From a virus (taxonomy: Duplodnaviria > Caudoviricetes), in IMG/VR virus record IMGVR_UViG_3300030043_000013, positions 1 through 47,728 of that record: DNA of 47,728 nucleotides; one strand, given 5' to 3'. Of the stretch, positions 9,024 through 16,030 are shown piece by piece. Position 1 is the first letter of the stretch. Each line of letters begins with the position of its first letter. A program made the translations under genes and the position numbers. The notes under the pieces were generated by a model. It had not been told where the DNA came from. It saw only the letters and a program-made list of their open reading frames with translations, and did no database searches.

Positions 9024-11123
9024 TTAACTGTTTTGAACTGACAGCCAGTTTGCCCCGGCAGCAGATGCAGAAACGAGCACGCTCTCAAGTACCAACGTCG
9101 CTCCTGCGGCGACCGTGATTGACGAAGCACCGTTAATCGTTTCGGTCCCGAAGGGAGTTACAGTCCAAGAATTCGAATTTGTGTTTCTGAAGAAAAGTTT
9201 TTGACCTGTGTAGCCTACTGCACTTTGCAAAGTGAAGTTCTGTCCTGAAGAGCTGCCGCCCAGAATCACACACACGTCAGAATCAAGTTGCAAAGGAACG
9301 GAAGCTACTCCAAATCCTGTTCCCACACCCAAGCCCGTCGTAAAATTGTAAGCGGTGAATTGCGTGGCAGATGAAGTCACCACCAACCATGCGCCAGAAC
9401 CGCTGTTGGAACTGTTATACGCTGTCGGCGTCATGCCTGTCACGATGCACATCGACCCTACAGGCGGGTTCAACGTGCTTGTGAACGTCATCATGTTGCC
9501 CGTCTGGGAAGCTGCGGTAATCGCAGTCGCAGATGGCGCGCCAGATGTCACCGTGCGTGCCGAAGAAAAATCTCGATTGCCGTACAAGCGATTTATTGCT
9601 TGCTGCATCATGAAGGTGATGATGTTGTATTCTGCGTTCGGAGTCGGGTGAGTCTGGTCCGAGTTAAAATAGGCAAGATTAGAGTAAGCGCCGTCTGCAC
9701 CCAAGTTGGGATTTGCGGCCATGTCAATCAGACCGTCCGCCCACTCGCTCCAGGCAGGACGAATCAATCCGTTCAACGTGTTCTTCCACGAATCCAAACT
9801 GACTCGCGATAGCATCGTGCAAACAAGAACTTTCCAACCAAGGGAACGACGAGCGCGCGCATACGCGGCCAAATTCGAAATTGTTTGCTGTGGGTTTGAT
9901 GGACCATCGTTTGTTCCGCACCACAATACACAAACATTTTTCGCCCCGCCAGGATTAAAGGCCGGGTCCACAGATGTGCCGCCATCCGTCAACTCTTCCA
10001 AGCTGGTGGTTCCACCAAGAGCGTTGTTGCCCACGACGAAATTTGAGTCGGTCAGAGTGATAAGCGTTGATGCTGGAGCGCCGCCGACACCTGCCGGAAT
10101 CGAGTCACCGTCTACCATCACTGTATCGGTGTTGTGAGAATTGAAACTGGAGTATGGTGTTACCGCGATGCCGCGATTGACCATTTGTTGGTTCAAGAAC
10201 GCGGTGTTTTGCAAAACTTGCGCTGGAGTAAGTACGGTCGAGTAAAACAGAGCGTAATATATCTGACCAGTAAGAAAACGCGCCACGGTATCTCCGGTCG
10301 CGGACCCGCCAAGTTGATAATTTCCTGCGCCCACCTGGCCAGCAGAACTATTAATGCTGTACAAATATGCCGATGGCTGCGCGCCGTTTATATAAATCAA
10401 GTCATTCGGACTGCTCAAAACCCAAGCAACAGTAACAGGTCCATTGACGAAGCCTCGCACACCTGTTCCAAAGTTGGAACCTTGATGCGAGCCCAAACGC
10501 ATAGAAGCGGTGTTGTTCGGAGAACCTTCTTGCGGTCCCGCGCTGCCCGTAATATTTTCTGGTCCAAAATACACACCACCAGTCGTACCCGCACCGCCAT
10601 TATTGCTCATCAAAAAAGGCGTGCGTGTGTCTACGCCAGCGGCTCCCGTTTTCGGATACGCAGCGCAGATCATCACGCTTTTTGCATTGTTAAGTGCGGC
10701 AGGAAGTGAAACATATTGCTGGGAAGAACCTGCGAAGGACAAACCGTTCGTCAACCATGTCGGAGCTTGTGCGCCCGCTGCAAATGTTCCAGTGTTGCCG
10801 TTTCCAGATGAATCTGAAATTTGACTTCCCGCGCCGTCGAGCAGCGCATATTGCGCCATCAAGCCCGCAGTAACCAGCGTCGGTGCGCCATTCACATTGC
10901 TTGCAATACCACTGCTGCTTGCCAGCGGCCCGCCCAATCCAGTGGATAGGCCAGAGGCACGCAAATCGATGATGGGAACATTGCTGGGATTGGTGAAGGA
11001 ATCGGTGCCTGTGTACCAAGCGGGAATAACAATTGCCTTTTTTCCGCCTGCCGCAACTCTGTTAATAGCGTTTTGAATATTCAGCCCTTCTCCCGCAAAT
11101 AGAAAAAGGTCATCGAGTTGCAT
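9024..11123 (-). CDS. Fibre/spike-like protein with LamG/ConA-like and SGNH (GDSL) esterase domains
   Basis: DGAGSQISDSSGNGNTG...LTPAQV (LamG-like); SGNH blocks DGDSI, GGTT, GTND, DQTHP. Confidence 0.75.
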   Translation of the reverse strand: MQLDDLFLFAGEGLNIQNAINRVAAGGKKAIVIPAWYTGTDSFTNPSNVPIIDLRASGLSTGLGGPLASSSGIASNVNGAPTLVTAGLMAQYALLDGAGSQISDSSGNGNTGTFAAGAQAPTWLTNGLSFAGSSQQYVSLPAALNNAKSVMICAAYPKTGAAGVDTRTPFLMSNNGGAGTTGGVYFGPENITGSAGPQEGSPNNTASMRLGSHQGSNFGTGVRGFVNGPVTVAWVLSSPNDLIYINGAQPSAYLYSINSSAGQVGAGNYQLGGSATGDTVARFLTGQIYYALFYSTVLTPAQVLQNTAFLNQQMVNRGIAVTPYSSFNSHNTDTVMVDGDSIPAGVGGAPASTLITLTDSNFVVGNNALGGTTSLEELTDGGTSVDPAFNPGGAKNVCVLWCGTNDGPSNPQQTISNLAAYARARRSLGWKVLVCTMLSRVSLDSWKNTLNGLIRPAWSEWADGLIDMAANPNLGADGAYSNLAYFNSDQTHPTPNAEYNIITFMMQQAINRLYGNRDFSSARTVTSGAPSATAITAASQTGNMMTFTSTLNPPVGSMCIVTGMTPTAYNSSNSGSGAWLVVTSSATQFTAYNFTTGLGVGTGFGVASVPLQLDSDVCVILGGSSSGQNFTLQSAVGYTGQKLFFRNTNSNSWTVTPFGTETINGASSITVAAGATLVLESVLVSASAAGANWLSVQNS

Positions 11124-11140
11124 TTATTTTCCCTAGGGCT

Positions 11141-11332
11141 TTATTTTTTCTTTCGTCTTCCAACCAGAGTTTGTACATCTGGCGCGGTTGGAATCTGCAC
11201 CACTTCCGAACCGGGGATATCTGTGGTTTCATTTTCAGCCCAAATCGCATCCCATTTATCTTGGGACACCTTGGGACCACTGAATTGCGCGCGCTTGCCG
11301 CCTCTCGCAAGAACATCTCCACCGTTATTCAT
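11141..11332 (-). CDS. Hypothetical protein
   Basis: 63-aa ORF overlapping the upstream stop. Confidence 0.5.
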   Translation of the reverse strand: MNNGGDVLARGGKRAQFSGPKVSQDKWDAIWAENETTDIPGSEVVQIPTAPDVQTLVGRRKKK

Positions 11333-11528
11333 GGGCTCCCCTCAATTTGCGCGCGACCTTTACTCCGTCGCCGCATTTGTTGCATTTCCAGCCGTGCAAT
11401 CCGGCGTAATCCGCTTTGCGCTGATTCTTCTCGCCTTTTTCCTGTTTGATTTCTTCGCGCTTGATACACGGGGTCTTGGTAACGTCGCCGCCGCAGGTGG
11501 CGCAAGAATAAAAATAACGTGGGCTCAT
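11325..11528 (-). CDS. Small zinc-binding protein
   Basis: CATC and CNKC motifs. Confidence 0.55.
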   Translation of the reverse strand: MSPRYFYSCATCGGDVTKTPCIKREEIKQEKGEKNQRKADYAGLHGWKCNKCGDGVKVARKLRGAHE

Positions 11529-11530
11529 GG

Positions 11531-11824
11531 TTAGACGCCGCTCGTGATTAAAGAGACGCGTTTGATTTCAAATTTGAAGGGTGGAATGAAAGCTGTGATA
11601 GGATAAAACTCAAGATTACCTGTTGCGTCGACAACGAATCCGCCTAGTTGGCGAAATATTTGCAAAGCCTGGGCAAGAATGATTCCTTCCTGCTGGCCTT
11701 TGCCGTGCTGAACTGGGATTTCGATTTTAACGATTTCGTTGCTGGCCGAAACGAGCCTTGCGCTAGCTTCGACGTTTGTGACCACTACCGGAACTTGAAC
11801 GCGGCCTTGCTCTGTCTGTTGCAT
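11531..11824 (-). CDS. Hypothetical protein
   Basis: ATG 11824 after GAGGAGAGG; the longer ORF call overlaps tRNA-Arg. Confidence 0.6.
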   Translation of the reverse strand: MQQTEQGRVQVPVVVTNVEASARLVSASNEIVKIEIPVQHGKGQQEGIILAQALQIFRQLGGFVVDATGNLEFYPITAFIPPFKFEIKRVSLITSGV

Positions 11825-11880
11825 TATCCTCTCCTCAGAGATAGTCAACTGCTTTTTTGGGGTATTTCCATTCTGCGAAA

Positions 11881-11956
11881 TGGTGTCCAACCTCGGATTT
11901 GAACCGAGAACTGAGCGTTCGTAGCGCTCCGTGATGTTCCGTTTCACTAATCGGAC
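11881..11956 (-). tRNA. tRNA-Arg(ACG)
   Basis: Cloverleaf, GAGCG-CTACGAA-CGCTC, encoded CCA. Confidence 0.92.
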
Positions 11957-11962
11957 GTAAAC

Positions 11963-12157
11963 TTATGAGATATTGAAAAAGTTGATGCAGTAGAGAATCA
12001 CTGCGACCGCGACGATGACCTAGATAACTTTCTTGATGATGTCATTCATCGGAATGTAAGTCGTAATCAGGTACACGATAAAACCAATCAAGCCCAGCTT
12101 CAGAATCAAATACAAAAGCGATGTGAATCCTAGTGCCGGAATCAATGATGCAAACAT
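11963..12157 (-). pseudogene. Two-TM small membrane protein (Thivi_2564-like) with in-frame TAG at codon 46: pseudogene or read-through gene
   Basis: MFASLIPALGFTSLLYLILKLGLIGFIVYLITTYIPMNDIIKKVI*VIVAVAVILYCINFFNIS; AGGA RBS; TAG at 12020-12022. Confidence 0.7.
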
Positions 12158-12196
12158 TTGTGTCCTGTCAGTCTTTGTGCGAGTTACATTTTGAAC

Positions 12197-12271
12197 TGGT
12201 GCCGAAGGCAGGAGTCGAACCTGCTACGAGTGGTTTTTCAGGCCACCGCTCTACCGCTGAGCTACTACGGC
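12197..12271 (-). tRNA. tRNA-Phe(GAA)
   Basis: Cloverleaf, loop CTGAAAA, CCA. Confidence 0.92.
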
Positions 12272-12279
12272 ATTAAAAT

Positions 12280-12354
12280 TGGCAGGCCAAGAAGGATTCG
12301 AACCCTCATTGTATCGTTTTGGAGACGAACCGATTGCCATTATCTTATCGGCCT
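12280..12354 (-). tRNA. tRNA-Trp(CCA)
   Basis: Loop CTCCAAA, GCCA end. Confidence 0.9.
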
Positions 12355-12363
12355 GTAGAAACT

Positions 12364-12437
12364 TGGTGTGCCGCGATGGGGTCGAACCATCATCCCTCGC
12401 TTAAGAGGCGAGTATTCTGCCATTGAATTAGCAGCAC
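12364..12437 (-). tRNA. tRNA-Lys(CTT)
   Basis: CTCGC-CTCTTAA-GCGAG, CCA. Confidence 0.92.
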
Positions 12438-12442
12438 AAAAT

Positions 12443-12517
12443 TGGTGGACCGCGTAGGGGTCGAACCTACATTCCAGCGCTTAAAAGGCGCGTAGTCTGC
12501 CATTGACGTAGCAGTCC
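12443..12517 (-). tRNA. tRNA-Lys(TTT)
   Basis: Loop CTTTTAA, CCA. Confidence 0.9.
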
Positions 12518-12523
12518 ATAAAT

Positions 12524-12599
12524 TGGTACCGTTGGCGGGATTCGAACCCGCGTAACAACCTTGAAAGGGTTGCGTCCTGGGCCACTAGACGACATCGGC
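12524..12599 (-). tRNA. tRNA-Glu(TTC)
   Basis: CAACC-CTTTCAA-GGTTG, CCA. Confidence 0.92.
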
Positions 12600-12604
12600 A
12601 AATA

Positions 12605-12697
12605 TGGTTGTCAGCGAAGGAGTCGAACCTTCCCGTCGCGCTAATCAGGCGCTTTCCCTGGTTTATAAGGCCAGGCTGCACGCTGGTGCTGCCGACA
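12605..12697 (-). tRNA. Atypical tRNA with TAT anticodon (nominally Ile), long variable arm, minimal D arm
   Basis: Acceptor TGTCGGC/GCTGACA, D arm GCAC-CAGC-GTGC, loop CTTATAA, V arm GCGC..GCGC, T arm GAAGG-TTCGACT-CCTTC, ACCA. Confidence 0.8.
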
Positions 12698-12703
12698 ATA
12701 AAT

Positions 12704-12789
12704 TGGTGCGCCACCCCGGACTCGAACCGGGACGCTTTTTACGGCACCGGGTTTTGAATCCGGCATGTCTGCCATTCCATCAGCAGCGC
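12704..12789 (-). tRNA. tRNA-Leu(CAA)
   Basis: Loop TTCAAAA, long variable arm, CCA. Confidence 0.92.
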
Positions 12790-12797
12790 AATAAAAT

Positions 12798-12881
12798 TGG
12801 TACCCAACGAGAGATTTGAACTCCCATGTCTTTCGACGACGCGTTCTAAGCGCGTTGTGTCTGCCGTTCCACCAGTCGGGC
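12798..12881 (-). tRNA. tRNA-Leu(TAG)
   Basis: ACGCG-CTTAGAA-CGCGT, long variable arm. Confidence 0.92.
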
Positions 12882-12892
12882 ACAGATAAACT

Positions 12893-12967
12893 TGGTTCGG
12901 GGTCTACGACTCGAACGTAGATTCGCGCCTTCAGAGGGCGCTGTCCTTCCAATTAAACGAACTCCGA
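12893..12967 (-). tRNA. tRNA-Gln(CTG)
   Basis: GCGCC-CTCTGAA-GGCGC, U1-A72. Confidence 0.9.
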
Positions 12968-12974
12968 ACAGAAA

Positions 12975-13050
12975 TGGTTGCCCAAGAAGGATTCGAACCT
13001 TCATCGACGGGATTCAAAGTCCCGCGTGTTGCCAGTTACACCATCGGGCA
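12975..13050 (-). tRNA. tRNA-Gln(TTG)
   Basis: CGGGA-CTTTGAA-TCCCG, U1-A72. Confidence 0.92.
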
Positions 13051-13058
13051 AAAGAAAA

Positions 13059-13133
13059 TGGACTTCTCTGCTGGAATCGAACCAGCGGATTGGCGTTTTG
13101 CAGACGCCTGCCTTCCCACTTGGCGAAGAGAAG
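13059..13133 (-). tRNA. tRNA-Cys(GCA)
   Basis: GGCGT-CTGCAAA-ACGCC, U73. Confidence 0.92.
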
Positions 13134-13138
13134 AAAAT

Positions 13139-13212
13139 TGGGGTGAAAGGGGGAATCAAACCCTCGCTGCCGGATTCACAGTCCAGCGTGCTCTCACTAC
13201 ACTACTATCACC
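13139..13212 (-). tRNA. tRNA-His(GTG)
   Basis: Loop CTGTGAA, G-1:C73. Confidence 0.9.
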
Positions 13213-13220
13213 TTTGAAAT

Positions 13221-13295
13221 TGGTGCGCCGCGATGGAATCGAACCACCTACATCTTGGATGTAAGCCAAGCGTTCTGCCAGTGAACTAGCAGCGC
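13221..13295 (-). tRNA. tRNA-Val(TAC)
   Basis: CTTGG-CTTACAT-CCAAG. Confidence 0.92.
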
Positions 13296-13305
13296 ATATA
13301 AAATT

Positions 13306-13379
13306 TGGTCGGAAATGGTGGAGTTGAACCACCGCCTCATGCTTCCAAAGCATGGATGCTACCGTAACAACTATTTCCG
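13306..13379 (-). tRNA. tRNA-Pro(TGG)
   Basis: CATGC-TTTGGAA-GCATG, C1-G72, A73. Confidence 0.9.
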
Positions 13380-13389
13380 AATCATAAAC

Positions 13390-13464
13390 TGGTCGGGGAA
13401 GAAGGAATCGAACTTTCGTTTCACGCTTCCGAAGCGCGTATCTTAACCACTAGAAGATTCCCCG
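13390..13464 (-). tRNA. tRNA-Pro(CGG)
   Basis: Loop TTCGGAA, C1-G72, A73. Confidence 0.9.
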
Positions 13465-13468
13465 AAAT

Positions 13469-13545
13469 TGGTGTTGAAGGTGGGATTCGAACCCACAACG
13501 ACTCGTTTAGAAGACGAGTACTCTAGTCCGTTGAGTTACTCCAAC
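13469..13545 (-). tRNA. tRNA-Arg(TCT)
   Basis: CTCGT-CTTCTAA-ACGAG. Confidence 0.92.
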
Positions 13546-13556
13546 ATAAAATGAGA

Positions 13557-13648
13557 GTGGGACGCGGCGGAATTTCACCACACTGTAGTCTTGCCCAGTG
13601 GCCACCAGAACAAAACCTGTCGGACGTAATCCCGACTTACGCTACCCG
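13557..13648 (-). ncRNA. Candidate structured ncRNA in a tRNA-sized slot of the array
   Basis: Hairpins GTCGG..CCGAC and CACTG..CAGTG, T-loop-like GGTGAAATTCC; no anticodon arm or CCA. Confidence 0.4.
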
Positions 13649-13655
13649 TAGAAAA

Positions 13656-13732
13656 TGGCGGAATGGATGGGATTCGAACCCACGAAGTCTCCGCTGACAA
13701 CGGAGCGCAATAGGCCGCTATGCGACCACTCC
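13656..13732 (-). tRNA. tRNA-Asp(GTC)
   Basis: CTCCG-TTGTCAG-CGGAG, G73. Confidence 0.92.
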
Positions 13733-14086
13733 AGAACTTGTTGCATAAATTCTCGGCTCGCACCCGCATTCGAAGCGCGCCAGAAAATCAAAAAGTCTTT
13801 CTTCGACCGCCTCGGTAATCAGCGCGGTTGGATGTTCGCCAACCCACAGGTTGCTGGTGTCCGAGTAAATCCAATTCTTAATCTTGCGTTCGTCCAGGTA
13901 CTGTTTGACTTCCTGCAACTGCGCGTTCAATTCAACCTGCAACACGATAATGCTGTTGCTCGAAAATCTCGCGTTGGGAACTCGCCCGCACACATGCGCG
14001 ATTTGCGCCATGATGTGTCCGCAAGACATTTCGTGAATCTTTTCGGGCAAGATTACTTTCCTTGCCACCACAATGTAATGTCGCAC
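13718..14086 (-). CDS. Peptidyl-tRNA hydrolase 2 (Pth2)-like protein
   Basis: HYIVV..MSCGHIMAQIAH..IIVLQV..IYSDT..PTAL follows the Pth2 motif order; GTG start after GGAG. Confidence 0.65.
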   Translation of the reverse strand: MRHYIVVARKVILPEKIHEMSCGHIMAQIAHVCGRVPNARFSSNSIIVLQVELNAQLQEVKQYLDERKIKNWIYSDTSNLWVGEHPTALITEAVEERLFDFLARFECGCEPRIYATSSGVVA

Positions 14087-14113
14087 CGTTCTCCTCGAAA
14101 AATTAAGAGACAT

Positions 14114-14171
14114 GAACCAGAGAACTGCGTCCGAGCTTTATGCCTTTATGGCGCGGATGACGCTCTGGCCC
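14114..14171 (-). ncRNA. Hairpin ncRNA candidate, copy 1 (loop CAUAAAGGCAUAAA)
   Basis: GGGCCAGAG/CTCTGGTTC basal stem; 19-nt core nearly identical to copy 2. Confidence 0.55.
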
Positions 14172-14180
14172 TACCAGCTT

Positions 14181-14255
14181 TGGTCGCGGCAATGGGATTC
14201 GAACCCATGAGTCTAGCTTATGAGGCTAGCGTGATAACCACTTCACTATACCGCA
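14181..14255 (-). tRNA. tRNA-Met(CAT) (Ile2 not excluded)
   Basis: CTAGC-CTCATAA-GCTAG, CCA. Confidence 0.88.
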
Positions 14256-14260
14256 AAAAT

Positions 14261-14335
14261 TGGCTGGAGACATAGGATTCGAACCTACATCGTACGAGGT
14301 AACAGCTCGCCGTCTTACCGTTAGACGAATCTCCA
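14261..14335 (-). tRNA. tRNA-Asn(GTT)
   Basis: Loop CTGTTAC, G73. Confidence 0.92.
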
Positions 14336-14359
14336 ACAGAAAATCTTACTACAAAAATT

Positions 14360-14433
14360 TGGAGCGAAATGCGGGAGTCGAACCCGCGCCTTGACCTTGG
14401 CAAGGTCAAGTACTACCGTTATACGAATTCCGC
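14360..14433 (-). tRNA. tRNA-Gly(GCC)
   Basis: TGACC-TTGCCAA-GGTCA, U73. Confidence 0.92.
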
Positions 14434-14434
14434 T

Positions 14435-14510
14435 TGGAGCGAGATAGGAGAATCGAACTCCTGTGTCCTGGTTGGAAGCCAGGTGCCTAATGCCATTCGG
14501 CCAATCACGC
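14435..14510 (-). tRNA. tRNA-Gly(TCC)
   Basis: CCTGG-CTTCCAA-CCAGG, U73. Confidence 0.92.
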
Positions 14511-14512
14511 AT

Positions 14513-14696
14513 TGGGGAACTTCATGTCGTTACACTTTCGCGGTGAAAGCCCCATACCGCGCTCTTTCCATCATCGGTTCACAAACTTCGTGCCTAGTTC
14601 AGAGTAACTTTTTTCGGGTAGGTGCTCGAACCGTTGGCACGGTGGCGTCTTTAGTCAGGGGCTTCAGCCATTCGCCCGCTGTCCCTTCCGAAAAAA
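14513..14696 (-). ncRNA. Two tRNA-sized structured elements that are not canonical tRNAs
   Basis: 14609-14696: TTTTTTCGG/CCGAAAAAA closing stem, D-arm-like GGGCGAATGGCTGAAGCCC, GGTTCGAG. 14513-14600: GAACT/AGTTC stem ending CCCA, inner CGCGGT/ACCGCG. Confidence 0.4.
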
Positions 14697-14698
14697 CT

Positions 14699-14772
14699 TG
14701 GAGCCAAACGAACGAATCGAACGCTCGTCTGCGCATTACAAGTGCGCCGTCCTACCATTGAACGAGTAAGGC
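14699..14772 (-). tRNA. tRNA-Thr(TGT)
   Basis: GCGCA-CTTGTAA-TGCGC. Confidence 0.9.
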
Positions 14773-14783
14773 TCAGAAAAATT

Positions 14784-14858
14784 TGGAGCACATTGATGGA
14801 AATCGAACCATCGTCTCACCCTTACCAAGGGCGAATTCTGCCATTGAACTAAACGTGC
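14784..14858 (-). tRNA. tRNA-Thr(GGT)
   Basis: Loop TTGGTAA; 8-nt T loop. Confidence 0.88.
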
Positions 14859-14866
14859 TCAGAACT

Positions 14867-14940
14867 TGGAGCAGGGCTGTGGAATCGAACCACAATGACC
14901 GCTGTACGAGAGCGGCGTAATGCCTTTATACGAGCCATGC
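14867..14940 (-). tRNA. tRNA-Thr(CGT)
   Basis: CCGCT-CTCGTAC-AGCGG. Confidence 0.9.
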
Positions 14941-14946
14941 AAAACT

Positions 14947-15033
14947 TGGAGGAGAACCAGAGAATCGAACTCTGTTACCCTTGCGGGTAGTACGGTTTTC
15001 AAGACCGTGAGGCACCATTGCCGACTGCTCTCC
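14947..15033 (-). tRNA. tRNA-Ser(TGA), atypical D arm and U73
   Basis: ACGGT-CTTGAAA-ACCGT, long variable arm. Confidence 0.85.
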
Positions 15034-15034
15034 G

Positions 15035-15100
15035 TTATTTCTTCAGGTCGCGGAATCCTAAATAAATCAGAGTCGCGCAGACCACAATAAATCCTATCAT
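15035..15100 (-). CDS. 21-aa hydrophobic micropeptide between two tRNA-Ser genes
   Basis: MIGFIVVCATLIYLGFRDLKK fills the spacer almost exactly; no SD sequence. Confidence 0.4.
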   Translation of the reverse strand: MIGFIVVCATLIYLGFRDLKK

Positions 15101-15104
15101 AAAT

Positions 15105-15192
15105 TGGCGGAAGGGGGGAGAGTCGAACTCCCACGACCCTTTCAGGTCGCTGGTTTAGCAAACCAGTCCGGCTACCATTTCGGCACCCGTCC
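15105..15192 (-). tRNA. tRNA-Ser(GCT)
   Basis: CTGGT-TTGCTAA-ACCAG, long variable arm, G73. Confidence 0.92.
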
Positions 15193-15202
15193 GTAGAAAA
15201 AT

Positions 15203-15276
15203 TGGTGGACAATGGCAGAATCGAACTGCCGTCCGCTCGGTGCAAGCGAGCAGTCTTACCACTAAACGAATCGCCC
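15203..15276 (-). tRNA. tRNA-Ala(TGC)
   Basis: GCTCG-CTTGCAC-CGAGC, G3.U70. Confidence 0.92.
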
Positions 15277-15654
15277 ACGTTTAACTTTTTCTTTATCTTT
15301 CCAACGCTTGGCTGCGCCATTGTCTTTCGCTCGAAGATATCGAGCCGCGCGCCGTTGCGTAGCATTGGCATATTTCTTATTGACCCGACGAGCACTTCCA
15401 ACATTACATCCAAGATGACTGAACGCGATGTTATTCAAATCGAAAAACAATTCAACGGGAGTCTCGCTATCGAGCCACGGAAGTTTGTGTTCGATGGAAA
15501 ACTCTTCTACCGTTTCAATTTTCTTTCCGCATCGAAAACAGAAATCGTCTCCTGCCTTCTTTGCCAAATTGAACATGATATTCTTTCGCAATCGAGCAGC
15601 CGCTGTTCCGAGGCTTACGCCCAACTGTTCCTTCTTCTTGTCCAAACAATTCAT
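15262..15654 (-). CDS. HNH endonuclease
   Basis: CFRCG..SIEHKLPW..NIAFSHLGCN; stop lies inside tRNA-Ala. Confidence 0.8.
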   Translation of the reverse strand: MNCLDKKKEQLGVSLGTAAARLRKNIMFNLAKKAGDDFCFRCGKKIETVEEFSIEHKLPWLDSETPVELFFDLNNIAFSHLGCNVGSARRVNKKYANATQRRAARYLRAKDNGAAKRWKDKEKVKRGRFV

Positions 15655-15720
15655 TTGACTCTCCGTGAAAGAGTTTGTCAAGGGAGGTTCACGGCCTCCC
15701 CCAACGATTGATGCAAAAAC

Positions 15721-15808
15721 TGGATGAGCGGGTCGGAGTCGAACCGACTAGAGCCACCAGGGCTCGGTTGTTTTACAGACAACTGCATTACCGTTCTGCC
15801 ACCACTCA
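15721..15808 (-). tRNA. tRNA-Tyr(GTA), non-standard U1-A72/U73
   Basis: GTTGT-CTGTAAA-ACAAC, long variable arm. Confidence 0.88.
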
Positions 15809-15823
15809 GTTGAAACCAAAGCT

Positions 15824-16014
15824 CCAGGGGTTCGGCATCACTCCGAACACTTGACGGTCAAGCCGCCCGTGGTATACTTCCACTACCCCAGTCTGGGTTG
15901 TTACTGCATGAACCGTGTAGGCGTGCTCGACGCCTCGTTATCCCTCGCGCTTGGGAAAAGATTTGGACTGCCCGGACTTTCTCCGGTCGCCAACGCGACT
16001 CTGGTTCTAACCCA
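15824..16014 (-). ncRNA. Candidate multibranch ncRNA plus a cloverleaf-like element
   Basis: TGGGTT/AACCCA and GAACC/GGTTC enclose four hairpins; followed by a GGGG/CCCC-closed element with three hairpins. Confidence 0.5.
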
Positions 16015-16030
16015 CCATTTCAATAGGCAC

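Noticed and set aside
14513-14600. Hammerhead ribozyme (CCGATGA...GAAA)
   Set aside because: The core deviates from CUGAUGA and stems I/III could not be assembled.
12158-15413. ORF-track calls overlapping tRNA genes, and long plus-strand ORFs opposite core genes (e.g. 4963-5940)
   Set aside because: Shadows of tRNAs or antisense frames with no RBS or motifs.
15890-16014. RNase P RNA (GAAAGTCCGGGC)
   Set aside because: The motif forms a local hairpin; there is no proper CR-V or P1 closure, and the region is too short.
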